From Lytechinus pictus (lineage: Eukaryota), in assembly GCF_037042905.1 (NCBI RefSeq), contig NC_087245.1, positions 43,526,001 to 43,590,000 on the forward strand: DNA of 64,000 nucleotides, given 5' to 3'. The stretch's first letter is position 1. Each line of letters starts with the position of its first letter. The position numbers and the translations under genes were made by a program. The notes under the pieces are model-generated. The model was not told where the DNA came from and did not search any database. It saw only the letters and a program-made list of their open reading frames with translations. This document shows positions 13,874 to 25,210 of the stretch, one piece after another.

Positions 13874-14137
13874 TTATACTGATACTGTTTGAACTGAGCT
13901 TAGTTCTGACTTTGTCCGCAGTCTCATCTCAGATCCGACGTTGGGTCTCCTACCGTATAACTTCTTGAGCAGGAGGTCCCGCCACATGTGGCAAACCCTT
14001 CGGGTAGCTGTGAAAGCCAAAAAGATGTACAGACCCTGACAAGAGTTGAGGACGATAAAGATGTACCAGAGAGCTTCCTGCTTACTGAAGGCAGCCACAA
14101 ATCCAAAGAGCCATGTGAAGCCCATTATAGAAGATAC
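13874..14137 (-). CDS. Paralogue 1 terminal exon (TM6-TM7 and C-tail)
   Basis: Acceptor tttatAG at 14139-14138, then VSSIMGFTWLFGFVAAF...LNSCQGLYIFLAF...stop. Joins KIAIK in phase 0. Confidence 0.9.
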   Translation of the reverse strand, partial: VSSIMGFTWLFGFVAAFSKQEALWYIFIVLNSCQGLYIFLAFTATRRVCHMWRDLLLKKLYGRRPNVGSEMRLRTKSELSSVQTVSV

Positions 14138-14710
14138 CTATAAACCATGAAAATCCAACTTACTTGTTAATTATAGGCTTACGTTTCAGTATCAAACTTT
14201 TTAGGAAAGGCGAATTTAGAAGGAAAAAAATATTTACTATTTTGGACCAATTACACCATGTTATTGAATTGTGTTGCAGGTTGTTGGCCTACATGCCTTC
14301 GTGACGAGCGCTTGACAATTAAACTATTCTAATTGCTGCAAATAACAGGCCGCCTAACAATTAATATCTTCTTCATGCAATGCAAAATTGTTTGTTACTA
14401 CTATAAATAGCGTTTAGCAACGCTCAACCCGGTACCACCGTTTCTTTATTGTAATTTTCAGTGACAAAATTAAGATATGACACACATTCTATACTTTTAC
14501 TTATGTACTCTATCTAAAATCTTCTCTGCTAACTCATTCATCATGTTCATTTGAATATTTTAGGGCCGTTGCGTCGGTGCAAGCACAGTCGTAGCATTTG
14601 GCGTGTCGAAACAAGGAACACTAATATCTATTTTATATTTGATAGACTAAACCAATGAAATTAATAATTTCTTGTTGCATGAAAAGGGTAAGAAGTTTCG
14701 AAAGCCATAC

Positions 14711-17169
14711 CTTTATTGCGATCTTGAGAAGTTCTTCAGTATAACTGCAGGCTTTCTTTCCTTCATGAAGGGTCATTCCGATCTTCTTGCTTTTTGCGAT
14801 GCCATGGACTGTCTTCACAAAGAAGAGCAGGTTAAGACAGAGCAAGAATAAAACAGGAACGCCAAATACAAAAAGGATAGCCAACCCATCTCCGATCCAG
14901 CAAGACGATTGTTTACCGTAATGCAAGTCGAGATCTTCGCCTTTAAGGATGCTGAGGGTAAGGGTGAAGCTCACAAACAAAAATGGCAACCCAATGGCCA
15001 GTGATAGTTAACCTGTAAGCAATCTTCGGTTTGCTGTCGATACCCTAATAGTTGCATGGGATCCAAAGGTCCGGCTAAGATCCAAGGCGATCATCGTGGA
15101 GACGGTAAAGACAGTCAACCATGAAAAGTGGGATGCAGCAGCAAACACTGTGCACAAATGCTGCGAAACACTGCTAACCATTCCTCCAAAGAGCAGAAGA
15201 CACTGCGCGAGGAATAGAGACACGCATAATATCATGATCAGGTGGTTACTGACTTGCTTGCGAAGTAAAGGGAAAGTCACGTAGGTCAAGAAAGTCACCA
15301 GGAGTGATGCAAGTGAAAGGGAAGTTCCTGTCAAACTAACGTATGTTTGCATGGGTGAATATCGAAAGAAGTAATTGGTAGTCGTTTCATTAACGGTTCC
15401 ATTCTGATTTAAGAAATTACACGCTCTAAGCAACCCGTTTTTTTAAAATACGTATTGCTCTCGAGACAAAATTTCTCCTGATGGTATGTACTGCAAAAGT
15501 CCATCATCCCCTAAATGAATGAATAAGCTCATGTTAAAGACGGCACTTGGACAGGGAAGGTTTCCTTCACTAGAGTCACATACAAACCTAGATTCGGTCC
15601 TTGTGACGCTGTGTCTGCTCAGGAAGAGTTGATACGTGGTTTCAAGTACCTTGAATCTCTCTATGTTCATAGCGTCATAATTTGATGGAAAGGGGGGTTT
15701 AGTGTGAGGATGAAGGGTTGTACCCGTGGTCATCTCAAAACTGGTGGTTGATGTTGTAATTAATGTCTCACAATTTATGGACGTACCACAGCGACTGAAT
15801 AATGACACGGCTGACACGTTGCATGACCCGGTTGTCATATTTTCGCGATATTGTTCAATGGTCTCATCCACCATTTCAAAAGTGAAATTACTTTTTAGAC
15901 CCCAAATGAAAAGCGTCTCATAATGGCCGTTGGTAAATATTTCTATGCACTTGGCTTGAGACGTAAGTCCCAAGACTACCAACAATTCGTTAGTAAAGCA
16001 TGCATGAGTGGTCACAAAGTAGGGACATATTCCTTGCTCCTTAAAGAGAACGGTAACAGAAACAGTTTCATTGTAATATTTCATCATCTGGCATATGGTT
16101 TCGACAGCTGTATCTTCCTTGACACACGCACTTTTAACCATTATGTATTTACGAGGGCAGGTAAGTCTTAAGCACGCACCGGAGAAAGGATCAAAAACTT
16201 CATCCGATTGGCAAGTCACCGTGACTGTTGAGACAACAGTTTCACCAACTTGTAGCCTGGTGTTGCTGTCCGATGTGAAGTCAAACAAAACAGAAATCGG
16301 GGTAAGATTTGGCGCATCAGAGCCTTCTCCAATGGAACCATCCAGGTCCATGGCATTAGGACACATTGCTCTCTGGTCGGGGTATGGTCCAACTGAGCAT
16401 GCGTAACAAGCTGGGTTTTTGAAACGAGGGTTCCCGTTTCCGTCAAGCAATATTGGAGCAGTCAAAGTTTCACATGCATATTGGAGTTCAGGGTCAAATG
16501 AGGTCTTACAGAGCTCTGTGTGGTTTTCTTGGGATTTAGTCTTGAAACACGTCCTTACGGCAGGACCATTCGTTGCATTTGCAGGATACTTTACAAAAGG
16601 CCAGCAATTGCTGTTGTTAAGTATATCTCCGAAGGGTTGTGGATTAACCTGCAGATCAGTAACAAAATCCTCAGGACATATAAAGTCAACGTGCCATGGA
16701 GTCAGTGTTTGAGGGTCAAGTCCATTGCATATCACACAGTATACATTCCTGAAGCTTACGGTGCTCTCAAAAGACAATGGGATGTCTTCTAAAGTAGAAT
16801 GCAATACTCGGTAGGGAACTTCGCATCTTTCCCGAATCTCTCTGTCCTTCCAGGTGCTGGGACACTTGGAGATAAGCACATACGCCCTCGTGTCTTGTTC
16901 ACCTATCTTAACCTCTTCACAACTGAAGAAGCTTCGGTCGTATAAGTCAAAAGGTGACGGTTGTAGATTCCAGTATCTACTGCAATCAATTGGATGATCA
17001 TTGATAAACTTGGGACAACAGTCGTCAAAGAAAGTGCAATGTTCATCACAGTGACATGTGGGACTTTGGTAGTTAAACTTACCACATGTTCTAGCAGAAC
17101 ACACATGGGAGTCAAGGCAAATTGGTACCGTCAAGTTTCCAATCGTTACATTCGTTACTCGATCGTTGT
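14711..17169 (-). pseudogene. Paralogue 1 large exon (ectodomain and TM1-5), one reading frame interrupted by two TAA codons
   Basis: ORFs 15443-17134, 15008-15433 and 14633-14989 are all in the same frame. Acceptor cattattAG at 17171-17170; donor AAG|GTATGG at 14710. Confidence 0.9.
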
Positions 17170-17398
17170 CTAATAATGAGAAAAGGTAAGAGATACATTG
17201 TATGAGTTCACTTACACGAGAACTTCATGCACTAATATTGAGGAACAAGAAGGGCACACACAATTTGAAATTACATGTACATCAATTTAAAGGTGTATGT
17301 GTGCGTTTCAGAGGATGTATGTGTGCAAACAAGTGAGTTTATCTTCTGCATAGGAATATTCCTTTAACCAAGGAGACCAACCTCACAGAGTTTCTTAA

Positions 17399-18522
17399 AG
17401 GTCAAGTCCACCCCAGAAAAGAAAGATGTGATATTTTAAAGTTTCGCGTATTTTTTTTCACAAAACAGTTATATGCACATTTCAGTGACATGCAAATGAG
17501 ACAGTCGATGATGTCCATCACTCATTATTTATTTTGTTTTTTATTGTTTGAATTATACAATATTTCATTTTTTACAGATTTGACAATAAGGACCAATTTG
17601 ACCAAACCATATAGTATGAATTGAATGAAACAATGCTAATTCCACATGTTCAGGAAGGAATTAATCTTTGTTTCACTTGACAATGAGGAGAAAATTAGAA
17701 TATTTCATATGATTAAAGGGGAATCCAACCCAAATAAAAACTTGTTTTTATAAGAAAAAGAAAAATCAGACAAGTTGATAGGTGAAAGTTTGAACAATAT
17801 TGGACAAACAACAAGAAAGTTATGAATTTTTAAAAGTTGTAAATATTGGTAATCACTATACTCATGGAGACTTCAAATTGACCGCATATGGGATGTCATA
17901 GTGATGTAAGGCAAGGACTACTCTTCCATGTACTCCAATTCATATTATGGCTAAAATGTCATTATTCCCAAAAGTTTTATTTCAAATTATATTTTTCTTT
18001 CATGAGGACATTAAACAATATACTACCTGGGTTATATTTAGATCACTGCCCCAGGGGGATGGGTACTTAGGAGAAAACCACAAATCACTGATAATAAAGT
18101 ACATGGCCTATGGGAAAGTTGTCCTTGCCCCTTCTCATAATTTACTTACCCAGTTGCCAATTTGAAATCTACATACTATTAATGATCTCAATTTTAAAGC
18201 AGCTATAACTTTCTTATTGCTTGTCCGATTTCTTTCAAACTTTCACCATTCTTTTTTATTAATTTTTCTCCTTCCCAACACAACATTTTATGGCCAAGGC
18301 TGGATTCCCCTTTAAAAAATAGATGAGTGGATGACGTCATCAGTCTCCTTAATTGCATACCGACCAGGATGTACATATAAATGTTTTGTGAAATTAAGCG
18401 AAACTTTGAAATATCTTAACTTTCTTATTTTACATTCGATTTTGATGAAATTTTCAGTGTTATGCGTGTTTGATTTTTCTCTTTTTTTTCAAATCAACTT
18501 ATGATTGGGATGGACTTGTCCT
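17399..18522. mobile_element. TTAA-flanked palindromic MITE (Kolobok-like termini), interrupted by a second MITE
   Basis: TTAA-AGGTCAAGTCCACCC...GGACTTGTCCT-TTAA. Same family at 19064, 39679, 50189 and 55789. Confidence 0.85.
17717..18311. mobile_element. Nested TTAA-flanked MITE of a second family
   Basis: TTAA-AGGGGAATCCAACC...GGCTGGATTCCCCT-TTAA with long imperfect inverted arms. Confidence 0.85.
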
Positions 18523-19063
18523 TTAATATTCGAGACAGAGGAAAAAGATAAAGGTTTACACTTAAGCACTGATCATCCTTCCAGACACAACTTTTCAGCA
18601 GTCATTTCCTGCAATTAAAATATGTATATTAAAGCATGATGCCCAGAATAATTTAGTGTGATGTTTGTGCTACATATTTGCCATGTTACTATTACACTTC
18701 GATGAATTTCTAGGGACTCAAAATAATCCATAAATTTGAATGCAACTCACCGTGATCACTCTCCATTTTTTGTCGCGTCGGCTATTGATTGGTCAGTACC
18801 TACAATATTTCATATGCATATGGAATTGCAAATGCCCCACTGAATATCTAATTGAAATGTTAACTCAACTAAAGTGCCAATAATGTATATTTTATGCATT
18901 TACATGACGGACAGGGCAGATTATTTAACAGATTCGGATTGGTAGTTTGATAATTAGATATTAAATGGGAAATTAGTAATTTGTAGAAAAACGGTAGGCC
19001 TATGTACAAAATCTGCCTAAATTCGCCTGATATTGGAACATGCAGATTTTTTCAGTCCCTTAA

Positions 19064-19647
19064 ATGACAAGTCCACCCCAACAAAAAGTTGATTTGAATG
19101 AAAAGAGAAAAATCCAACAAGCATAACACTGAAAAATTCATCAAAATCAGATGTAAAATAAGAAAGTTATGATATTTTAAAGTTTCGCTTAATTTCACAA
19201 AACAATTATATGCACATCCTGGTTGGTATGCAAAAGAGGAGGCTGATGACGCCATCCACTCACAATTTCTTTTGTATTTTGTTATATGAAATGTGAAAAT
19301 TCAAATTGTTCTCCTCATTTTCACTTGAACTCAACCCTGAACATGGAATTAGCATCTTTTAATACTATATGGTTCAGTCAACTTTGTCCTTATTGTCATA
19401 TCTGTAAAAAATGAAATATTGTATAATTCAAACAATAAAAAACAAAAGAAATAGTGAGTGATGCACATCATCGACTGACTCATTTGCATGACAGTGAATT
19501 GTGCATATCACTGTTTTATGAAAAATAAGCGAAAATTTAAAATGCCATAACTTTCTTATTTGCAACCGATTTTGATGAAATTTGCAGCGTTGTGCTTGTT
19601 TGATTTTTCTCTATTAAAATCAACATTTTCTGGGGTGGACTTGACCT
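19064..19647. mobile_element. TTAA-type palindromic MITE (same family as 17399)
   Basis: TTAA-ATGACAAGTCCACCCC...GGGGTGGACTTGACCT-TTAC. Confidence 0.85.
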
Positions 19648-20496
19648 TTACACAATGTACGCTGTTCATCCAAGCCCGGGCAGCGAAATTATTTTTCCCA
19701 CCGAGTTCTGGACCGACATATGAATATTCATGACTTGCGTCTTCGGATTGAGAGTACGCATGCGCGTGGACTTTGCCTCGACCAGTGCCGATCGTAAGCA
19801 TTCACGTTGCTCAGAATGAATTAGCATCGTCAAATTACCGGTACCCTTACATAGTTACATAGGCCTTATAGGCTTAGATCTATATATACATCCAATTCTT
19901 AAACACTTATCAAACTAGCTGCCATTAATGGCAAGACATGTGCTAGGGTGGGGCTAGCTTAGGCTAGCGCATTAACTTTACCTCAAATCTGGACCTGTCT
20001 AATGCCTAATACTAATAGGAATAGCCGACTAATGCCATGGTTAACTTCGAACTTGTTAATTCCGAACTTTACGTTTGATTAGGTTTGGACCAATATTAGC
20101 TTATTTACCATGGTTTAATATGTCTAGTCCGTATACAGAACCAGTCCTAGATCTAAAAAAAAATATCTTAGTTCTAGTCTAGTCTCTAGATCTAGACTCT
20201 GATCTACGCGCTATCAGCATGGAACCACTAGTGTACCAAAGGGGGGGGGGGCAGACTGCCCCCCTGACGAGTCACAACTGATTCAGGGGACGTGCCCCCC
20301 CCCCCTTGAAAAGCCAAATTAATAATTTGTAATGTCAAAATGCAACGAAAAAATACGTTTTTCCCCTCTTTTGAACGTGAAGATCTTTTTTTTTTTTCTT
20401 GTCAAATTTTTTTCAGCTACAAAATCCATAATTTTGGGTGACGGGGATCAAGATCACTGACGTTAATTTGTGCCTGACGTTAGAATACGTTCCATG

Positions 20497-20823
20497 CACG
20501 CACTGGTGTACCTAGGATTTTCCAAAAGGGGGGCAAATTTTTTAGAGGATATTTCGTCCGCGAAAAAATGTGACAAGCCCCCCCCAAAAAAAAAAAATTG
20601 TCTTCACCCCAAATTATGGATTTCTTAGCTGAAAAAAAAATTGACAAGCAAAAAAAAAAAAAAAAAAAGATCTTCACGTTAAAAAAAGGGGACATACGTC
20701 TTTTTCATTGCATTTTTACATTACAAATTATTAATTTGGCTTCTCAAAGGGGGCACGTCCCCTGAATCAGCTGTGACTCGTCAGAGGGACAGTCTCCCCC
20801 CCCCCCCTTGGTACACTATAGTG
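20497..20823. mobile_element. hAT-like MITE inside the foldback; a truncated mirror copy lies at ~20227-20441
   Basis: 8-bp direct repeat GTTCCATG at 20489-20496 and 20824-20831. Related to the element at 60312-60611. Confidence 0.65.
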
Positions 20824-21030
20824 GTTCCATGCTGATACAGCGTAGATAAGAGTCTAGATATAGAGACTAGACTAGAACTAAGATATTTTTTTTTTAGATC
20901 TAGGACTGGTTTTGTATACGGACTAGACATATTAAACCATGGCAAATAAGCTAATATTTGTCTAAACCTAATTAAACGTGAAGTTCGGAATTAACCAGTT
21001 CGAAGTTAACCATGGCATTAGTCGGCTATT

Positions 21031-23143
21031 CAGTGTTGTATGTCAAGGCTCAAACATCCAAGGCCAAGGCCAAGGCTTTAATACCCAAGGCCAAGGCTTC
21101 AATACCAAAGACCAAGGCCAAGGCATGGAAACCCAAGGCCAAGGCCTGAAAACCTAAAGGCCAAGGCATTTCAAACTTACGATATACAGAACAATGAACT
21201 AACAATACTTAGGCGGCAGACATCACACATGGTAAAATGTATGTGAGCGAGGGGATTGAGCGAGAAAAAAAAACCTTTGTACATTTGAAACAAAAATAAT
21301 TTCATGATAGAGACATATTAAAATAATGATATAGTTACCTGTGTACACATAATCCATAATTTTTCTATAGGCGATTTACATTGCAATAATTATTATTACC
21401 ACGGTCATCTGATCCTGGCATTCTCAACGTATGTTTTCTCCACTCCCTGGGACAGGGGCAGCAGAAAATTATTATGGGGGGGGGGGTCAACGCCAAAAAG
21501 GCACCCATTTTTCAAAATTAGTTTTTTTGTGCAAACAGATACATGTATTTGAAAAATGAGATTATGAACTGCGTGAAGTAATTGTGTGTTTTATAGAAAT
21601 TAAGTTGAGCAAAGGCTTTCTAAAGTGATTTTTAATTATAAGATAGATATTTTGCTTTAGGTTTTACTTCTCAGCGAGAAACCATTAGCAGTACTGTATA
21701 CTAAACAATAATTGATGCAAGCACGATTCAAAATCTGTGATTTTCAAACCTAAAATGTATTATGTTTTATTATTACAGAATTAGGTATTTCTTTTTTTAA
21801 AAGGGCATATTTCATTTGAAAAAAAAAAAATCCTACAGGGATTTTTTTTTTGGGGGGGGGGCAAGAGAGCACAAAGCGCAAGCTAAAATTTTCAAATGCT
21901 TAAACTGAAAATGAGTCATTTTTAGGACTCTTGTCAGTTTTCATATTTTTTTCTGTTTTCAACCACTTTTATTAAACAGTTAATTAATCATTGATTATTA
22001 ATACTTATTGATAATATCAATAATTATTAATTATTAAATTATTTTTTGTTAATTATTATTTCTTGAAACCATATTGACACAAAAACAAATACGTTGTTTA
22101 TTTCCTTGAAACTGTAGAGATATGAGATTCAATGTTGAACGATATATGATTAAAAAGAAGTAAACATTTTTTCCCCTTTGTTTTGTCAATCTAACCCAAA
22201 ACAAATATAAAATTTAGAAGAGAGATAGAGAGAAGAAGAAGTCCCACCACCAAGAATAAACTTAGACAAGGGGGGAAGGGAAAGGAAAAGATGGAGTAAA
22301 TGTGATATTATTTTTTAAACAATCTATTGCAAAATTAGCTTTTCTTATAGAAAGAGGGGGACAAATTTTGTTCACTCGCTCGCTTCAATCGCTTTCTTCT
22401 TTTTTTTTGACATAAATTTTGCTCTATATATGCCATGCTTGGCCCCTCAAAGTTTCTGGCTCATCATGCCATTGACATAACCCATTTGGATATGACACAA
22501 TTGGAGACTGTGTTCAAGTTTACCAAATCTTTTCAGAATATCATTAAGACTTAAAACATTCTTGTTGGCCAAAGAAAATAATACAAGGAAAATCCTAATG
22601 GAATAGAAATCAACCTTGTTATCGTTCTTTAGAGTTAGCTATGTTTAAAGTATGAAAATTGTTGTCAAAATTGCAGTCAGATGTAAAAATTATTCTTGTC
22701 ATCAAAGCACTATTATCTTGATAATGACCATTATTATTTACTGTCATTATCATCATATGATTACAACACATTACCAATACATAATGCTATTTTTCATAAC
22801 TGATGTATTCTTTGTTTGAATTTCTTGATAATGGTGACAATTACAATTGATGACACTGCTAGTACACTTACTACTGCTGCTGCTACTGTTACTGGTGATT
22901 GGTAGTATTGACCATTAGTGTTATTAAATATATATTTTAAAAAAACAATTGAAACATTTATAATTACTTATTTAAAACAAATGAAAGTACAAAATACAAA
23001 ATGCCTTGAAAATGCCTAAAAAAAAAAATTCAAGGCTCAAAATCCTCAAGGCCAAGGCCCTCTCGAGGCCAAGGCTTTGAAAAAGTAGCTAGGCATTAAG
23101 GCGCCTTAAGGCCAAGGCCGAGCATCAAGGCACTACAACACTG
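21031..23143. mobile_element. 2.1-kb non-autonomous DNA transposon with CAGTGTTGTA...TACAACACTG termini and CCAAGG subterminal repeats
   Basis: 10-bp perfect TIR. It interrupts the right arm of the foldback, and AAGGCC/CCAAGG clusters lie at ~21045-21170 and ~23030-23130. Confidence 0.8.
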
Positions 23144-23149
23144 ATTAGT

Positions 23150-23398
23150 GTAGTAGATTTCACGGTACACCATGTATCTTTCTTGGGCAGATGTTGGTCC
23201 TGAAAAGGACCACCCAATCTCGACGTTTCGACAAGTGTGTTCTTGTCGTCCTCAGGAGAAAACGACAAGAACACACTTGTCGAAACGTCGATATTGGGTG
23301 GTCCTTTTCAGGACCAACATCTGCCCAAGAAAGATACATGGTGTACCGTGAAACCTACTACACTATTCTTCTTCGCCATGGAAACCTTCAGAAATTAT
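23150..23398. mobile_element. Penelope-like element remnant: inverted pLTR-type duplication with a 13-bp flanking direct repeat
   Basis: AACACTGATTAGT at 23137-23149 and 23399-23411; ~104-bp inverted repeat (23146-23249 vs 23262-23365); contains a hammerhead core. Confidence 0.8.
23218..23259 (-). ncRNA. Minimal type I hammerhead ribozyme motif
   Basis: Minus strand reads UCUC-CUGAGGA-C-GACAAG-aacaca-CUUGUC-GAAA-C-GUC^GAGA: core boxes, 6-bp stem II, 4-bp stem I and palindromic ACGU in place of stem III. Confidence 0.8.
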
Positions 23399-23899
23399 AA
23401 CACTGATTAGTACTAGGCATTAATTAGACAGGTCCAGATTTGAGGTAAAGTTAATGCGCTAGCCTAAGCTAGCCCTACCCTAGCACATGTCTTGCCATTA
23501 ATGGCAGCTAGTTTATTAAGTGTTTAAGAATTGGATATATATATATATATATAGATCTAAGCCTATAAGACATATGTAACTATGTAAGGGTACCGGTAAT
23601 TTGACCATGCTAATTCATTCTGAGCAACGTGAATGCTTACGATCGGCACTGGTCGAGGCATGCGTACTCTCAATCCGAAGACGCAAGTCATGAATATTCA
23701 TGTATTGGTCCAGAACTCGGTGGGAAAAATAATTTCGCGCCCGGGCATAGGACCAATATCACACACAAAAAAATCTATGTGATTTGAAATAAATCATCAT
23801 TAACTGTTCACATGAGATGAGGAGTTTTGCCGTTAACAAATCTGTTTCAAATTAATTGACAATATTATTGTTTAGTGTTCACCAATTTTTTTTACTCAC

Positions 23900-24092
23900 C
23901 CCCGTAAGACGGATGCCATTCTTTTTCTGCTACAGATCTATTTGCAGTATCTCGAAATGGCCAGGTGCGATTATCGATAGAGTCAAAGTCCAATGATGGG
24001 TTCAGCTGCGATGCACAGGATGTGAGCATTGCCAACAAGATCAGGAATAAGGGGAAACTATTGATCTTTGAGGGCTTTGCTATCACTGGAAC
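23900..24092 (-). CDS. Putative signal-peptide exon of paralogue 1
   Basis: Acceptor tttttatAG, hydrophobic stretch, and a phase-1 donor G|GTGAGT compatible with the phase-1 start of the large exon. No ATG precedes the hydrophobic core (GTG at 24086). Confidence 0.65.
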
Positions 24093-24284
24093 CTATAAAA
24101 ATAATACAATTCTACAGTTGAAAGTTCATGCCAGCTCATCTGAACTGATAAAGTAATGTTCCAAAGCTTATATATCTGGCATTATATTCGTAAATTCGTT
24201 TAATTATGTGCATTTCTAGAAATCGTTTTTATTGTTCAAGTTATCTGATTATTTCAGCGCATTATCTGAAGTACTTTTTAAAAA

Positions 24285-25210
24285 TTATTTGTTTTATTTG
24301 TATGTTCTTATTTACATCGTCACTGTACATTAACCCACCCCCCAAAAAACAGCATGACATTAAAATTTAACATGTAAATTTTTTGACATTATATAAGTCT
24401 AGCAAAAAAGAATTTTAGATACATGTTCAATAGTAAGCAAACATAGTGCCTAATTTGACTTTTCAATCTTCTTTTTGCAATTTTTCCAAAAAATACTTTT
24501 TTTTTTATATTTGCTCTTCATTTCTTCTTAGAATATTTCAAATATTTCTTTAAAATTTGATTTTCTTTTTTGTTGAAGAATTGTATAAGAGGCTAAATTG
24601 ATTTATACATTAAAGAAAAAATATAATGTTGTGTCCATTTTATGTCTTTATAACTTATATCAACATTTTAATATTCAGATTAATGGTAATACAAAATTAA
24701 CTGACTTTTAACCAAGAGTCTAGAATAATGGCAATCGTAAAATAAGTGATAATAGTTGTCAATAGTCTTACATTTAAAACAAAGTGGAGATTCTGCCAAT
24801 TTTAATCGAAACAAATATTCATTTGACATCAACATCTTATATAAAAATTTGAGGTTGAATTCAGTGTAACGAAATTCTTCAATGAAAGTGACTTTTTCTT
24901 TCCAGTATTGTTCCAAATCAAATTTTCTTTGAAATAAAGTGACCAATATTGTTCAACATTTAGGGTTATAAACTTTTTATCCACTAAAAAATGGTATAAT
25001 CGTTTAAAAAGTTTAACAGTTAAATGTTGACTTTGTTTTATATGTAAAACGGGATCATGATCCTTCAATTGAAAGCAGCTAATAATTGATTAATTTGAGC
25101 AATGTTTATCTTTATCTTTATACTTACCAACTTAAGAAGTGATGAAATATCCATGTCTATATAATCAGTTGACTTATTTAGCTGAGCAATATCCTCTTTC
25201 GATATCCATT
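24285..25210 (-). mobile_element. Decayed 3' fragment of an L1/Tx1-type non-LTR retrotransposon
   Basis: ORF 24680-24946 has a zf-RVT-like motif (SPLCFKCKTIDNYYHLFYDC) and frameshifts. Confidence 0.7.

Larger units (their letters stand above)
19674..23746. mobile_element. Foldback element with ~770-bp inverted arms (19674-20441 vs 20604-21030 plus ~23404-23746); right arm interrupted by two insertions
   Basis: GCCCGGGCAGCGAAATTATTTTTCCCACCGAG... is reverse-complementary to ...CTCGGTGGGAAAAATAATTTCGCGCCCGGGC, and the match continues inward along the arms. Confidence 0.9.
13874..24092 (-). pseudogene. SMB-domain class B (secretin/adhesion/Mth-like) 7TM receptor, paralogue 1, probable pseudogene. 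Exons 24092-23900, (18799-18751?), 17169-14711, 14137-13874
   Basis: Signal-peptide-like exon (FPLFLILLAMLTSCAS), SMB-like CHCDEHCTFFDDCC, and 7TM motifs (HFSWL, CWI, GFTWLFG, LNSCQGLYIF). Canonical GT-AG sites with compatible phases. In-frame TAA at 15443-15445 and 15008-15010. Confidence 0.85.

Noticed and set aside
15008..15445. Programmed readthrough or selenocysteine recoding
   Set aside because: Both stops are TAA, not TGA, and lack a readthrough context.
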